Origin: Candidatus Multivoradales bacterium
Lineage (GTDB): Bacteria > Acidobacteriota > Thermoanaerobaculia > Multivoradales > Multivoraceae
DNA: 64,000 bases
Direction of reading: 5' to 3'
Assembly: GCA_965223325.1 (NCBI GenBank)
Contig: CBDCWI010000002.1
Span: forward strand, 2,976,001 to 3,040,000
Within the stretch, counting starts at the first letter, position 1, and each line of letters opens with the position of its first letter. A program made the translations under genes and the position numbers. The notes beneath the pieces are model-generated. The model was given only the letters and a program-made list of their open reading frames with translations. It had not been told where the DNA came from and ran no database searches. Shown here piece by piece: positions 1-11,300 of this stretch.

Positions 1-732
1 TCGATGCGAGGCGGTGTGCCTGTCGAGATCGACCTCATTCGCACAATTCGCTTTCTGCCGCCGCTGTTCATCGTGCTCTCGGTGTTCGGCGCCACGTTCT
101 GGTGGAAGCGCCTGACAGAAGATCACGGCAAAGGTCTGCGGAAGGCGACCGCAACGGGCCTACTCGTTGTACTCGCTGTCTTCATGGTGCGTCTGGGAAC
201 CCGCAGCTTGGATCCCGCCTACCACCAGCATTACCGCATTCCGTGGCGCGGTCTTCAGGTCATGCTGGGCAACCCCCCGGCTCTGGACGAAACCCTCGTT
301 CTGCATGGAGATGCCGTCGCTGCAGTAAAGGATTACACACCGCGGGGTGCCCGAATCTTCTCGCAGGGAGTGTCACCGCCAGCGCTTCGATTGAGCGCCC
401 TTAGACCCGTGGTCTACGCCTGGAAGGACGGCGGCTCGCTCGCCTACGCCAATCACGAAGCGTTTCTCGTCTGGTATCGCCATGCCCGTGTGCTCAAGGA
501 GGCGGAGCGATCCGGCGACCCCGAGAGGTTGGCGGCGGCGGTTCTCGAGTCGGCTAAGGCTCTCGGAGCCGAATACCTCCTCTTTGACAAGAACGCCGTC
601 TCGGAGAAAGCGCTTTCGAGGGATCTCGGCGATCAACTAGAGAATCCCACCTGGAGCAACTCGCGCTATACCCTGCTCCCGCTGCCAGGAGACCGGACGC
701 CTGAGGATCGGCAACAACCCTCCAGTATCTAG
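1..732 (+). CDS. Membrane protein, C-terminal part (5' end outside the window)
   Basis: Frame is open from base 1; two hydrophobic helices followed by a soluble domain; stop at 730-732. Confidence 0.6.
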   Translation, partial: SMRGGVPVEIDLIRTIRFLPPLFIVLSVFGATFWWKRLTEDHGKGLRKATATGLLVVLAVFMVRLGTRSLDPAYHQHYRIPWRGLQVMLGNPPALDETLVLHGDAVAAVKDYTPRGARIFSQGVSPPALRLSALRPVVYAWKDGGSLAYANHEAFLVWYRHARVLKEAERSGDPERLAAAVLESAKALGAEYLLFDKNAVSEKALSRDLGDQLENPTWSNSRYTLLPLPGDRTPEDRQQPSSI

Positions 733-773
733 AGTCTTCCATTCTGAGACCAGAAATCGTAGGATTTGGGCCC

Positions 774-1232
774 ATGCGATGTCCTTTCTGCGGAGCCAAC
801 AAAGACAAGGTCGTCGACTCTCGTGAAAGCAAAGACGGGGACACGATCCGTCGCCGGCGGGAGTGCCTCGACTGTGAGCGCCGGTTTACTTCGTACGAGC
901 AGATCGAGCAGATCGCTTTTCGGGTGGTGAAGCGCGATGGTACGCGCGAAGACTTCAACCGACCCAAGTACCTGGCCGGACTGCTCAAGGCCTGCGAGAA
1001 ACGGCCGGTCTCTCTGCGGCAGCTCGAGGACATCGTCAGCGAAGCGGAGAACCTGGTCCAGGAAAGTGACGACCGCGAGATCGCAACGGCCGATCTCGGA
1101 AACTTCGCAATGGAGAAACTGCGGGGTCTCGACCAGGTCGCCTATGTGCGCTTCGCTTCGGTCTATCGCAAGTTCGAAGACGTTGAATCTTTCATGGATG
1201 AGCTCCGCGAACTGATCGCGCAACGCACCTGA
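774..1232 (+). CDS. nrdR: Transcriptional repressor NrdR
   Basis: MRCPFCG...VVDSR...IRRRRECLDCERRFTSYE zinc ribbon, ATP-cone, and VAYVRFASVY motif. Confidence 0.97.
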   Translation: MRCPFCGANKDKVVDSRESKDGDTIRRRRECLDCERRFTSYEQIEQIAFRVVKRDGTREDFNRPKYLAGLLKACEKRPVSLRQLEDIVSEAENLVQESDDREIATADLGNFAMEKLRGLDQVAYVRFASVYRKFEDVESFMDELRELIAQRT

Positions 1233-1303
1233 CGGCCGAGCCACCCCTACCCCTCTGCCTCCCTCCTTTCCGCTCGAATCTCCTGGAGACCCTTACCTCC
1301 CTC

Positions 1304-1750
1304 ATGCACGACAACGACTCCCTTTTGTTTCTTCTGTCTCGCCTACAGGAAGATCTCAACAAGTTGGTGACCGAATACATGGACCACGGTGCCGGTGAGG
1401 TGCGTGAAGACGGTTGGTCGCCCAACATCGACGTCCTCGAATCCGTGGATGAGGTCGAGATCGTCGCCGAGGTGCCGGGCTTCCAGATGGACGACCTGAC
1501 GCTCGAAGTGTCCGGTCAGAAGGTGATCTTGAGCGGTCAGAAGCGCACACGCTATGGCGACCACGACGCCAACACGTTCGATCGCCTCGAGCGCGCCCAA
1601 GGCCGCTTCCGCCGTCAGATCGATCTCGAGACTCCCGTCAACAGTTCGCTTGCCGACGCCCGCCTCGCCGGCGGTCTTCTCAGGATCACTTTCCCGCGCA
1701 TCGAGGACAAGCGGCGACAGGTGCGGGAGATGGCGATCACCGCCGACTGA
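1304..1750 (+). CDS. Hsp20/alpha-crystallin small heat-shock protein
   Basis: WSPNIDVLE...EVPG...LER..G.FRR...A.LAGGLLRITFP; directly upstream of lon. Confidence 0.92.
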   Translation: MHDNDSLLFLLSRLQEDLNKLVTEYMDHGAGEVREDGWSPNIDVLESVDEVEIVAEVPGFQMDDLTLEVSGQKVILSGQKRTRYGDHDANTFDRLERAQGRFRRQIDLETPVNSSLADARLAGGLLRITFPRIEDKRRQVREMAITAD

Positions 1751-1834
1751 CCACCGCCTCACACCCTCGACCCTTCTCTCCCTTCCCCTCCGCCCGCCTC
1801 TCTTTTCTGCTGTACTCCCCGTCCGAGGATCAAC

Positions 1835-4216
1835 ATGACCATCCAGGAAACTTCCGCCGACGTCGAAGAACAGAGTGTCGTCCTACCCGACGTCATGCCT
1901 GTGCTGCCGCTCAAAGACGCGGTCATCTTCCCGTTCATCATCCTGCCGCTATCGGTAACTCGCGACAAGAGCGTCGAAGCTGTTGATGAAGCTCTAGCGG
2001 AGAACCGCATGATCATGCTGGTCGCGCAGCGAGATCCCCAGATCGAGGATCCGCAGCCGGAAGATCTCCACACCCGAGGCACCGCAGCCGTCATCATGCG
2101 CATGCTGAAGCTGCCCGATGGACGCATTCGCATCCTCGTTCAGGGCCTGGCGCGGGTCGACATCGAGAACATCTCGCAGAACGAGCCATTCATGAAGGCG
2201 CGCGTCAAAGCAGCCGACGAAAAAGTTCCGGGTGGCGAGGTCCTCGAGCAGCAGGCGTTGATGCGCTCGGTCCAGGAGAACCTCGAACGCGCCGCGGGGC
2301 TCGGCAAGAACATCTCGTCTGAGGTCCTGGTGATCGCCGCCAACCTCGAATCGCCCGGCCGACTCGCCGACCTCGCTGCCAGCAACCTCGAGCTGCGCGT
2401 CGAGGACGCGCAGGAGGTGCTCGAGACCGAGGATCCGGTGGCCCGCCTCAGTCAGGTCAGCGATCTCCTCGTGCGCGAGATCCAGCTCCTTCAGATGCAG
2501 CAGGAGATCTCCTCGCAGGCGCGCGGTGAGATGGACCGCAGCCAGCGCGAGTACTTTCTGCGCCAGCAGCTCAAGGCGATTCGCACCGAACTGGGTGAGA
2601 ACGAGGACCTCTCCGAAGAGATCGAGGCCTATCGCGAGACGGCGCGCGAGCGTGGCCTCAACGAAGAGGCCCACGAGGAACTCGAGCGTCAGATCCGACG
2701 GCTGGAGCGCTCACATCCAGACAGCGCCGAGCATGCCGTCATTCGTACCTATCTCGACTGGCTGACCGGCCTCCCCTGGACCATCACCAGCGAAGACTGC
2801 CTCGATCTCGAGAACGCCCGCAAGGTACTCGACGAAGACCACTTCGGTCTCGACAAGATCAAGGAACGCATCCTCGAGTACCTGGCGGTGCGGCAGTTGA
2901 AGGGCGACGCACGCGGTCCACTGCTGTGCCTGGTGGGACCGCCGGGCGTCGGCAAGACGTCTCTCGGCCGTTCGATCGCACGTGCACTGGGGCGTGAGTT
3001 CGTTCGCATTTCGCTCGGCGGCGTGCGTGACGAGGCCGAGATTCGCGGTCACCGGCGGACCTACGTCGGCGCCCTCCCGGGCCGCATCATTCAAGGCATT
3101 CATCAGGCCAAGACCAACAACCCGGTCTTCATGCTCGACGAGATCGACAAGGTCGGCGCTGACCATCGTGGTGACCCGACTTCGGCGCTGCTCGAAGTCT
3201 TCGACCCGGAGCAGAACTCGACGTTTCGTGATCACTACCTCGGCGTTCCCTACGATCTCACCAACGTCATGTTCATCACCACCGCGAACATGCTCGAACC
3301 CGTGCAGCCCGCGTTTCTCGACCGCATGGAAGTGTTGCGCCTGTCGGGTTACACCGAGGAAGAGAAACAGGAGATCGCTCGCCGTCACCTGATCCCACGC
3401 CAGCGCGCCGAGAACGGGCTCGATGAGAACCACATGATCCTGACCGCCTCGGGCGTCGACACGTTGATTCGGCGGTATACCCGCGAGGCCGGTCTACGGA
3501 ACCTCGAACGTGAGATTGGCAGCCTCTGCCGCAAGGTCGCCGTGCGCGTCGCCCGCGGCGAGAAGGACCTCGTCAAGGTCGACGACGAGAAGGTCGAGGA
3601 GTTTCTGGGCCCAGCGCGCCACTTCAGCGAAGAAATGCTCGACCGGGATCGCGTCGGCGTCTCGACCGGCCTCGCCTGGACGGCCGCCGGCGGCGACTTG
3701 ATGATGATCGAGGCGATCGCGCTGCCTGGCAAAGGCAACCTCATGTTGACCGGCCAGCTCGGCGACGTCATGAAGGAGTCCGCGCAAACCGCGGTTAGCT
3801 TTGCGCGCGGCTACCACGACGTGCACTCGGCCAACGGCAAGCCGAAATGCGAAGTCCCGAGTGAGTTCTTCTCTGAACGCGACATCCACATTCACGTCCC
3901 CGCCGGGTCGATCCCCAAAGACGGCCCGTCGGCTGGGATTACCATCGCAACTTCGATCATTTCGATCCTCACCGGACGGCCCGTCGATCGTAGTCTGGCG
4001 ATGACGGGCGAGATTACCCTGCGCGGTGAGGTCCTCCCGATTGGCGGTCTCAAAGAAAAACTGCTCGCGGCCCGGCAAGCGGGCATCAAACGAGTCTGCG
4101 TTCCAAAGCCCAATCAGCGCGACATGGCAGACATCCCGGAGAACATCCACGGCGACCTCGAGTTGCACTTCGTCGAGACCCTCGATGACGTACTCGACCT
4201 GGCCCTCCTCTCGTAG
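1835..4216 (+). CDS. lon: ATP-dependent protease La (Lon)
   Basis: LON N domain, Walker A GPPGVGKTS, LDEIDK, catalytic PKDGPSAG, IGGLKEK. Confidence 0.98.
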   Translation: MTIQETSADVEEQSVVLPDVMPVLPLKDAVIFPFIILPLSVTRDKSVEAVDEALAENRMIMLVAQRDPQIEDPQPEDLHTRGTAAVIMRMLKLPDGRIRILVQGLARVDIENISQNEPFMKARVKAADEKVPGGEVLEQQALMRSVQENLERAAGLGKNISSEVLVIAANLESPGRLADLAASNLELRVEDAQEVLETEDPVARLSQVSDLLVREIQLLQMQQEISSQARGEMDRSQREYFLRQQLKAIRTELGENEDLSEEIEAYRETARERGLNEEAHEELERQIRRLERSHPDSAEHAVIRTYLDWLTGLPWTITSEDCLDLENARKVLDEDHFGLDKIKERILEYLAVRQLKGDARGPLLCLVGPPGVGKTSLGRSIARALGREFVRISLGGVRDEAEIRGHRRTYVGALPGRIIQGIHQAKTNNPVFMLDEIDKVGADHRGDPTSALLEVFDPEQNSTFRDHYLGVPYDLTNVMFITTANMLEPVQPAFLDRMEVLRLSGYTEEEKQEIARRHLIPRQRAENGLDENHMILTASGVDTLIRRYTREAGLRNLEREIGSLCRKVAVRVARGEKDLVKVDDEKVEEFLGPARHFSEEMLDRDRVGVSTGLAWTAAGGDLMMIEAIALPGKGNLMLTGQLGDVMKESAQTAVSFARGYHDVHSANGKPKCEVPSEFFSERDIHIHVPAGSIPKDGPSAGITIATSIISILTGRPVDRSLAMTGEITLRGEVLPIGGLKEKLLAARQAGIKRVCVPKPNQRDMADIPENIHGDLELHFVETLDDVLDLALLS

Positions 4217-4225
4217 CCGGGTACC

Positions 4226-4238
4226 TACGGGGTACTAG
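4226..4238. repeat. Possible remnant of the right terminal repeat of the 166-bp palindromic element
   Basis: TACGGGGTACTAG is identical to the last 13 nt of the copies at 29096-29261 and 31538-31704; it begins 10 bp after the lon TAG stop. Confidence 0.55.
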
Positions 4239-4274
4239 CTGAGCACCAGCCCGTCACTACATACTGCTGCCACC

Positions 4275-5300
4275 ATGGCAGCACGGAAACCGAGCGCGCA
4301 CACAAGCTCCGCCCGCTCAGAGCCAGGCAAGGGCGAGACCCGGCTGATCGAGTGGCTTCAGTCTCAGCCTGAAACTGGCGGCTTGATCGGCGACGACGCG
4401 GCCATCTTGCCGGCGGGCGGCCCCTACGTTGCGACAGTCGACTCCCAACGAAGCGCCGTGCATCTGCCCTCCGATCTGCCTCCGGCCTGGGCGGCCCGGC
4501 GCCTGGTCGCCGTCAATCTGTCGGACCTCGCCGCCATGGGAGCGCGACCACGTTGGGCCTTCTGTACCCTCGGCGCAGAGCGCGGCTACCCACGACGGGC
4601 GTTCTTACGCGCCCTCCTGCGTGAGGCCAAGCGGCATGACTTCACCCTCGCAGGCGGCGACCTGTCGTCGGCGCCTGGTCTCCAGGCGACGCTGCTCTTC
4701 CTTGGAGAGCGAGTCTCACGAGGTCGTTTTCTCGAACGCAGGAGCGCGCAACCGGGAGATGAGATCTGGATCGGCGGCACTCTCGGGGAAGCTGCCCTGG
4801 GTCTCGCGCTGCTCGAGCGCGGGGCACATATTGACGGTGCACGACTGGTGCTCCCACCGGGGTTTGAAAGATCGCTCGAGCGCGTAGGGCGTTCTGCCCT
4901 ACGCCGGCAACTGGCACCACAGCCACAGCTCGAACTCGGGGCGTGGTTGGCCCGCAGGCGGAGTCGCACGGCGGCGATTGATGTCTCGGACGGCTTCGCT
5001 TGCGACCTGCATGCCCTGTGCGCTGCCTCGGGAGTCGGTGCCGAGATCTCCTATGAGCGGCTCCCGGCGCCGCCACGACTCGGGGCCCTGGCGGCGGCCG
5101 TCGAGGCGAACGCAAGAGACGCGATCCTCGCAGGCGGCGAAGACTATGTGCTCCTCTTCACCAGGCCTCACGGCAGTGCGCGTCCGCCCATGGCGGGTTG
5201 CCGGCGCATCGGGCTGATCACCAGGAGAGAGACGGTGGTTTTGTCTGACGGACAGACCTCGCGCCCGCTACCCGCTCTGGGTTTCGACCATCTTCCCTGA
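4275..5300 (+). CDS. thiL: Thiamine-monophosphate kinase
   Basis: IGDDAA, VNLSDLAAMGARP, GGD, AIDVSDG, GGEDYVLLFT motifs. Confidence 0.95.
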   Translation: MAARKPSAHTSSARSEPGKGETRLIEWLQSQPETGGLIGDDAAILPAGGPYVATVDSQRSAVHLPSDLPPAWAARRLVAVNLSDLAAMGARPRWAFCTLGAERGYPRRAFLRALLREAKRHDFTLAGGDLSSAPGLQATLLFLGERVSRGRFLERRSAQPGDEIWIGGTLGEAALGLALLERGAHIDGARLVLPPGFERSLERVGRSALRRQLAPQPQLELGAWLARRRSRTAAIDVSDGFACDLHALCAASGVGAEISYERLPAPPRLGALAAAVEANARDAILAGGEDYVLLFTRPHGSARPPMAGCRRIGLITRRETVVLSDGQTSRPLPALGFDHLP

Positions 5301-6005
5301 GTCGTCGCCGAAGGTGAGCCTGCCAAAGGCCGCCGGACGGTGAAAATCGACAAGCCCCGTCGGACGCCACGCCTGGTACTCGTCGCCACCTGGCGAGCGG
5401 TCGATGCGAAACAGGTTGATCGACCACTCTGGTTGCACAACGTACGCTTCGTTACCTGGCACCGTGAGAGCCCGCCACGGTATCGCCATCTCGACGGCGT
5501 AACCCTCTCCCGTCTGCCCGATCAGCGGACCCACTTCACAACGGAGTCCCACGCAGTTCCAGTCCGCCATCGTCGTGATGTCGCGCCGGCGATCACCAGG
5601 CTGGGTGCGGTTGGTGATCAGGGCATCGAAGACCGTGCCGTTCGGCGCGATATCGATCTCGAAGTACTGCCGAGCCTCGGCACACCGGCAGGGTTCGAGG
5701 AAGACCTCCACCGCATCGGCCTCGAAGACCGGGTCGTCATGATTCTCGAAGGGCGCAACAACGTGATCGTCCACGACATCGAAACGAACATGCAGAACTT
5801 CGTCCCCCCCTCGAGGCGCCGCTGTGGACCAGCCCAGTCGCACCGTGGTTTCGTGGCGCGGAGTCGCACCATCGACCACCAGGCACAGAGGCTGGAGAGA
5901 AAGCAAAGCCCAGTCACGCGGCGCGACCAACCCGCGGGCGTCGCGGGTCACGCGCGGGCAACACCAGGTCCGTGGGTTCGAAACTTCTTCTTCAGCAGGC
6001 GACAT
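5268..6005 (-). CDS. Carbohydrate-binding family 9-like (DOMON-like) protein
   Basis: DAVEVFLEP...YFEIDIAPNGTVFD...VEMAIPW...W.INLFR...FHRPAAFG; start chosen at ATG 6005, overlapping the MFS stop region. Confidence 0.75.
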   Translation of the reverse strand: MSPAEEEVSNPRTWCCPRVTRDARGLVAPRDWALLSLQPLCLVVDGATPRHETTVRLGWSTAAPRGGDEVLHVRFDVVDDHVVAPFENHDDPVFEADAVEVFLEPCRCAEARQYFEIDIAPNGTVFDALITNRTQPGDRRRDITTMADWNCVGLRCEVGPLIGQTGEGYAVEMAIPWRALTVPGNEAYVVQPEWSINLFRIDRSPGGDEYQAWRPTGLVDFHRPAAFGRLTFGDDSGKMVETQSG

Positions 6006-7281
6006 CTCGAGCTCCAACCTCGGCTGCCAACACTCGCGACGACGGTAGGAGCAGGCAAGCAAACCCGACGACCACCCCGATGATCGCACCGGCCTGCAGT
6101 ACGCGAGCGAGGTCATAGTGCTCTGCGAGCAGACCGATCGACCAGCTACCGACCGCACCCATCGTGAACAAGAAGCCCAGGGCCAACCCCGACGCCAGGC
6201 CCTTCTGCACCGGCAAGAGGCGCTGCGCGAGGACCATGAGGACGCTATGGGGCGCCCCCAGAAGACCTCCGGTCAGAAAGGCCAGGGGCAGGGCGAGCTG
6301 GCCATCGGAAACGGGCAGAAACCAGAGCGAGACCGCACCTGCAACCGTCGTGAGAGCGGCGATCTTTCGCCGGCCCCCGCGGTCGGCCGCCAGTCCTGCC
6401 AACACCCCGCACACCGCACCTCCGAACCAGAAGGCCCCGACCAGAAGGCCCTGGCGCGTCGAACTCCAACCGCGCGACTGAAACAAGAGCGGTAGAAACG
6501 CCGCGGTGCCAATCAAGATCCAGGCGCGCCCGGCGAAGATGATGGTCAGAAGCGACGCTGCACCCATTCCACCACCACCAACGGTCGTGGGCTCTGCTCG
6601 CTCGGCGCCTTCTCTCCCCGAAGGCCGGGTGGGGGATGGGTTGTGGCGCGCAGGCGTCATCGCGAGCGCCATGAACAAAGCAACCGGCACGAGGATGCCC
6701 GCCAGCAGGTACAGCCCAGTCGGGCCCCGGGTATCGAGCGCCAGGCCAGCAAGCGGCGGACCGATCGCCAGACCTACCTGCCCGAACAGGAAGAACACGG
6801 CGGTCGTGGTTGCCGCCTGACCACTCTGCGGCGTGCCAGCGTGCATCGTGCCCTGGGGGTGAAAGGCGCCCGAGCCGATCGCCGCCAGGGCGAACAAGGC
6901 GAGAAAGAGCTCGAAGCGCCTCGTCGTCACCGCCAGGTGGACTGCAAAGCACACCGAAACGACGGTCATCGTGACGCTAGCCGGCCCCAGGAATCGACTC
7001 CCCACCCGGTCGACGAGCCAGCCGAAGATCGGTTGCGTCGAACCCGCCAACATCTGATAGAGCCCGATCGCCAGTCCAACCTGCGCCGTGGAAAGACCCA
7101 GGGGAGTGCGCAGAAACGCCAACAGAACAGGCCCCATGCTGTTCCAGATGTCGATCGCGAGATGGCCCACCGTAACCGCCGCCAGCACGCGCGGGCGCGT
7201 TCGGTGGTCGGATTCCGACCCAACGGGTAGAGGCTCACCCCGGGCAGGGCTCGGAACTGGATTGCGCGGGCTCAGGTCCAT
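5992..7281 (-). CDS. MFS transporter (Fsr-like)
   Basis: About 12 TM helices; GHLAID, QPIFGWLVDRVG, GSGAFHP motifs; start uncertain. Confidence 0.88.
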   Translation of the reverse strand: MDLSPRNPVPSPARGEPLPVGSESDHRTRPRVLAAVTVGHLAIDIWNSMGPVLLAFLRTPLGLSTAQVGLAIGLYQMLAGSTQPIFGWLVDRVGSRFLGPASVTMTVVSVCFAVHLAVTTRRFELFLALFALAAIGSGAFHPQGTMHAGTPQSGQAATTTAVFFLFGQVGLAIGPPLAGLALDTRGPTGLYLLAGILVPVALFMALAMTPARHNPSPTRPSGREGAERAEPTTVGGGGMGAASLLTIIFAGRAWILIGTAAFLPLLFQSRGWSSTRQGLLVGAFWFGGAVCGVLAGLAADRGGRRKIAALTTVAGAVSLWFLPVSDGQLALPLAFLTGGLLGAPHSVLMVLAQRLLPVQKGLASGLALGFLFTMGAVGSWSIGLLAEHYDLARVLQAGAIIGVVVGFACLLLPSSRVLAAEVGARDVAC

Positions 7282-7519
7282 GTGGCGCGCGATGGTATCG
7301 CGCGGGGCCCGTAACAAATCCAAACACCTTCGGAAGAAGAAGGGCGTCAGGTACGTCGCAATCATCGCGCTGAAAGACCAAGAAGCCCATCAAAATACTC
7401 GCTACTGAAGAAATATTTTCCTGAGGCCCGTACAATGGAGGCACGCCCTGCCATTCAGCTCGCGGTCCCGCTCTCCCAGAGAGCTCCAGGATGGTTTCTC
7501 CGGAACACCCCCTACGCCC

Positions 7520-8284
7520 ATGCACACGACAGATCCACGTTCACGTTTCTCGCTTCTCGTGATCACGCTACTTTTGGCCCTCGGAAGTGGTGTCTCGCAA
7601 CCGGTTACTGCCGACCAGCTGCCACTCAGAGACGGCCGTCTGATCGAAACCCGCGGACCCTGGAAGGTCGAGAGCAATCGCATCCTCTACCGCGACCTGG
7701 ACGGCAACCTGCGTTCGATCCGCCTGTCGGAGGTCGACCTCGCACGGCCATCAAGGCCCAGCCCGAGCAGGAGGCGCACCCCCGACGCGACAAACCAGCC
7801 GGCGTTTCGCATTACCGACGAGAGTCTGGCGCGCACCCGCGCTTCACAGACCAGAGCGACCGCCACTCCTGCTCGAAGCCAGGCAGATACAGCGCAACCC
7901 CACTCGGATCAGAACGCCCAGGCTCCGTCGCACGACCCCACCACCTTCCTGATCTACGACGAGATGGCTCTCTTGATTGACGAGAGATACCGCGCTGCGA
8001 TCGCCGGCGCCATCTCGGAGCTCGCGCATGCCAACGACCAGGGCTATGAGCGTGCACAGTCGCTGCTCGACAGTCTTGGGGAGCGCATCGAACGTGAGTA
8101 CGCCGCCACTCGAGATGTCTGGCGCGCCCAGGCGCTGTGGCTACTTCGGAACACCGTGGGTGCCCAGGGCCCGCGAGCCAGAACCAGCCCGGCGCAGCTG
8201 CAGCGCGAACTCGGCAGCCTGATCGCCACTTCAGAACTGCGCGCCACCGGCGCCCGCCGTCGACAGGAGCAACTCGGTCGCTAG
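7520..8284 (+). CDS. Hypothetical secreted protein
   Basis: Signal-peptide-like N-terminus, then an LRDGRLIETRGPW domain; TAG stop. Confidence 0.6.
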   Translation: MHTTDPRSRFSLLVITLLLALGSGVSQPVTADQLPLRDGRLIETRGPWKVESNRILYRDLDGNLRSIRLSEVDLARPSRPSPSRRRTPDATNQPAFRITDESLARTRASQTRATATPARSQADTAQPHSDQNAQAPSHDPTTFLIYDEMALLIDERYRAAIAGAISELAHANDQGYERAQSLLDSLGERIEREYAATRDVWRAQALWLLRNTVGAQGPRARTSPAQLQRELGSLIATSELRATGARRRQEQLGR

Positions 8285-8290
8285 TACCCC
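8281..8290. repeat. Possible remnant of the left terminal repeat of the 166-bp element
   Basis: CTAGTACCCC matches the first 10 nt of the element and overlaps the TAG stop of the 7520-8284 gene. Confidence 0.4.
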
Positions 8291-8328
8291 AGAATGCGAG
8301 CCACTCGAGAGGGCCGTAGACTGCCGCA

Positions 8329-11300
8329 ATGTCCGAGTCAGAAAGCCTCAGGGACCGTCTCCAGGCCTTGGGCCCGGGGAGCGAGCCAGCGGTGTTGGAT
8401 GCGCTCGTCGGATACCTCGAGCCGCTGCTTCCACGAATCGCCGACCCGGCGCGTGCACGCCGCGCCTTCGAACGCTTGCTGGCCGCGCATCCCGAGCCAG
8501 AGTCGCTGCTTGGCGACCTCGCTCTAGCGCCGCGAGCACTCGAAGCGCTTCTGGTTCTCTTCGCCGGCAGCAGTCACCTCACCGAAATCGTCCTCCGCGA
8601 CCCGCTGGCGCTCGACCGAGTGCTCGATGTCGAAGGCCTGGGAGCGCACCAGGACGCCAATGCGCTAGCCGAACGCCTCAGAGCCGCCACCACCGGCGAC
8701 GACTGGCAGGACCACCTCAAGCTGGCGCACGAGCGTGAGGTGCTGGCGATCGCAACTGCAGACCTGCTGGGATTGATCGGTCTCGAACGGGTCACCGGGC
8801 GGCTTTCCGTGCTCGCCGAGGCCGTCACCCGGATCGTTCTCGAGCGCGTCGCAGCGAGCGTGCCGACGCCCTCACCGGACGAAGGCGACGCAACTGCTGG
8901 TTTCGTCGTCTTGGCTTTCGGCAAACTCGGCGGCGGCGAGCTCAACTACAGCTCCGACATCGACCTCCTCTTTGTGAGCCGCGACCAGGCACCTGCCTGG
9001 TGGCCGGTCGCTCAACGCCTGATCACTGGCCTGTCGCGAGGAAGCCGCGGCTTTCTCTACCGCGTCGACATGCGCCTCCGGCCCTGGGGTCGCGAGGGGC
9101 CACTGGTCGTTTCCCTCGACTCCTACCGGGACTACCTCACCAAGCACGCAGAGCTCTCCGAGCTACAGGCACTGCTCAAGGCCCGACCCATCGCCGGCGA
9201 TCTGGAGCTCGGGGCAGATGTTCTGACCATGGTCGACCCGCTCTTGCGCCAGCTCGATCCGGTCGAGGTGCGAACCGAAGTGGCCAACCTCAAGACGCGA
9301 ATCGAGGAACACCTTCGCGATCGAGGAGAAGCCTGGGGTCACCTCAAGGAAGGCCGTGGTTCGATTCGTGACGTCGAGTTCGCTACCCAGGCGCTGCAGC
9401 TGCAGTACGCATCGCGCGACCAGACACCGCTCGAAGGCAACACCCTCCGCGCTCTCGAGCAGCTGGCCGAACGCCAGATCCTGAGCCACGGCCAACACCG
9501 CACCCTGCGTGAGGGCCTCCTTTTTCTGCGTACCGTCGAGCACTACATCCAGATCCTTCACAACCTGCAGGCCCATCGACTTCCCGAAAGTGGCCATGCA
9601 CTCACCCTCCTGGCGCGGCGGCTCGGTTTCTCGGACGAAACGGGAGCGAACGCTGGCGAGCGCCTGCTCGACCAGTGGCAGGGGCACGCTCTGGCGGTAC
9701 GTACCGTCTACGCCGAGCTCCTGCGCCTCGATGACGATGGGCCTGATGCGGAACCCGAGCTCGAGTTTCCGCGCGCGCTGGCCGAGATGCCCACCAACTA
9801 TCGCGAAACATTCGCCGCCAGCGACATCAAGCTGCACGACGAGCTCCTCCAGGCGATTTCGAAAGACACTCCCGCTGTCTTGTCTGTCGAGGCGCTCGGC
9901 CGGCACAACGGCCGCCCGTCCTATCGCCTGACGATCGCCGGCATCGACTTCTACGGCGAGCTGTCGCTCTTGTGCGGGCTGCTGTTCTCGCACGGCGCGA
10001 ACATCAAAAGCGGACGCATCTTCACCGCCAGCACGGCACCCGCGAGCGACCGACCGGAACCGGCACGACGCAGTGGTTCGCGGCGACGCAGCAGCGGACC
10101 GACTCTCGAGGACGAGATTGCCAGTCGCCCGCGAATCGTCGACGTCTTCGAGGTCACCTCGGCCGCGGCTGATCCCGACCAACGCTGGAAGAACTTCGAG
10201 CGCGACTTGACGGAACTGGTGCGGCTGCGCTTCCGAGAAGGCGATGAGGCGGCCCGGCGTGCGATTGCCAACCGTGTCGCACTCGCTCTGCCTCGCGAGC
10301 GAGCTGAAGAACCGCTCGGTCCGATCGAGATCGAGGTCTCGAACCCCCCGGGCCAGTCGATGACCCGGGTCGAGATTCGCGCTCGCGACACGGTGGGATT
10401 TCTCTATGAACTGACCAGCGCGTTGACCCACCTGGGCGCACGGGTCGAGCACATGGTGGTGGCCTCCGACGGCGACCGAGTGCACGACCAGCTGTTCATC
10501 ACCGAGCGCACCGGCGGAGCCTTTCCCGAGAGTGAGCACGCTCGTCTACGCATCGCCACGGTGCTGGCCAAGCACTTCACCCACCTCCTGCCGGCTTCCC
10601 CCGAACCGGCGGCGGCGCTCACCCACTTCCGCGAAATGCTCGGAGACCTCTTCGCCCGCCCCGACTGGGAAAGGGAGCTCTCGAGCCTCGAACGGCCCGA
10701 GGTGATGCGTCGCCTGGCCCGCCTCCTCGGTATCAGCGACTTTCTCTGGCAGGACTTTCTCCGCCTGCAGCACGAATCGCTGTTCCCAATGGTGCGCGAC
10801 CTCGAAGCGCTCGAACATCGCAAAGAGCAGAGCGAGATCGAAAGCGAACTCGACGAAGCACTCGAGGAGGCCGACCCATCGGAAGTTCAAGTAGCCCTCA
10901 ACAGGTTCAAGGACCAGGAGATGTTTCGCATCGACCTGCGTCAGATCCTCGGCCTCTACGCGACCTTCGGCGAGTTCTCTGAAGACCTCTCGGTGCTCGC
11001 CGACGCGGTGCTGACCCGCGCTGTGGCTCTTGCGACTCATCGTGTTCCCTGGCCGGATGGCGCCGGCACCGAGCCTCGGAGTGCCCTGTTTGCTCTCGGC
11101 AAGGCAGGCGGACGGGAAATGGGCTTCGCCTCGGATATCGAGATTCTGTTCATGGTCGACGACTGCGACCCCTGGGCGACCGACGTCTTCCAGCGCCGCG
11201 TGCAGGCCCTCCTCGGGCTGATCAGTCACAAGTCGGACGGCATCTTCGAACTTGATCTGCGCCTGCGGCCACATGGCGAGAAAGGTCCATTAGCGGTCAC

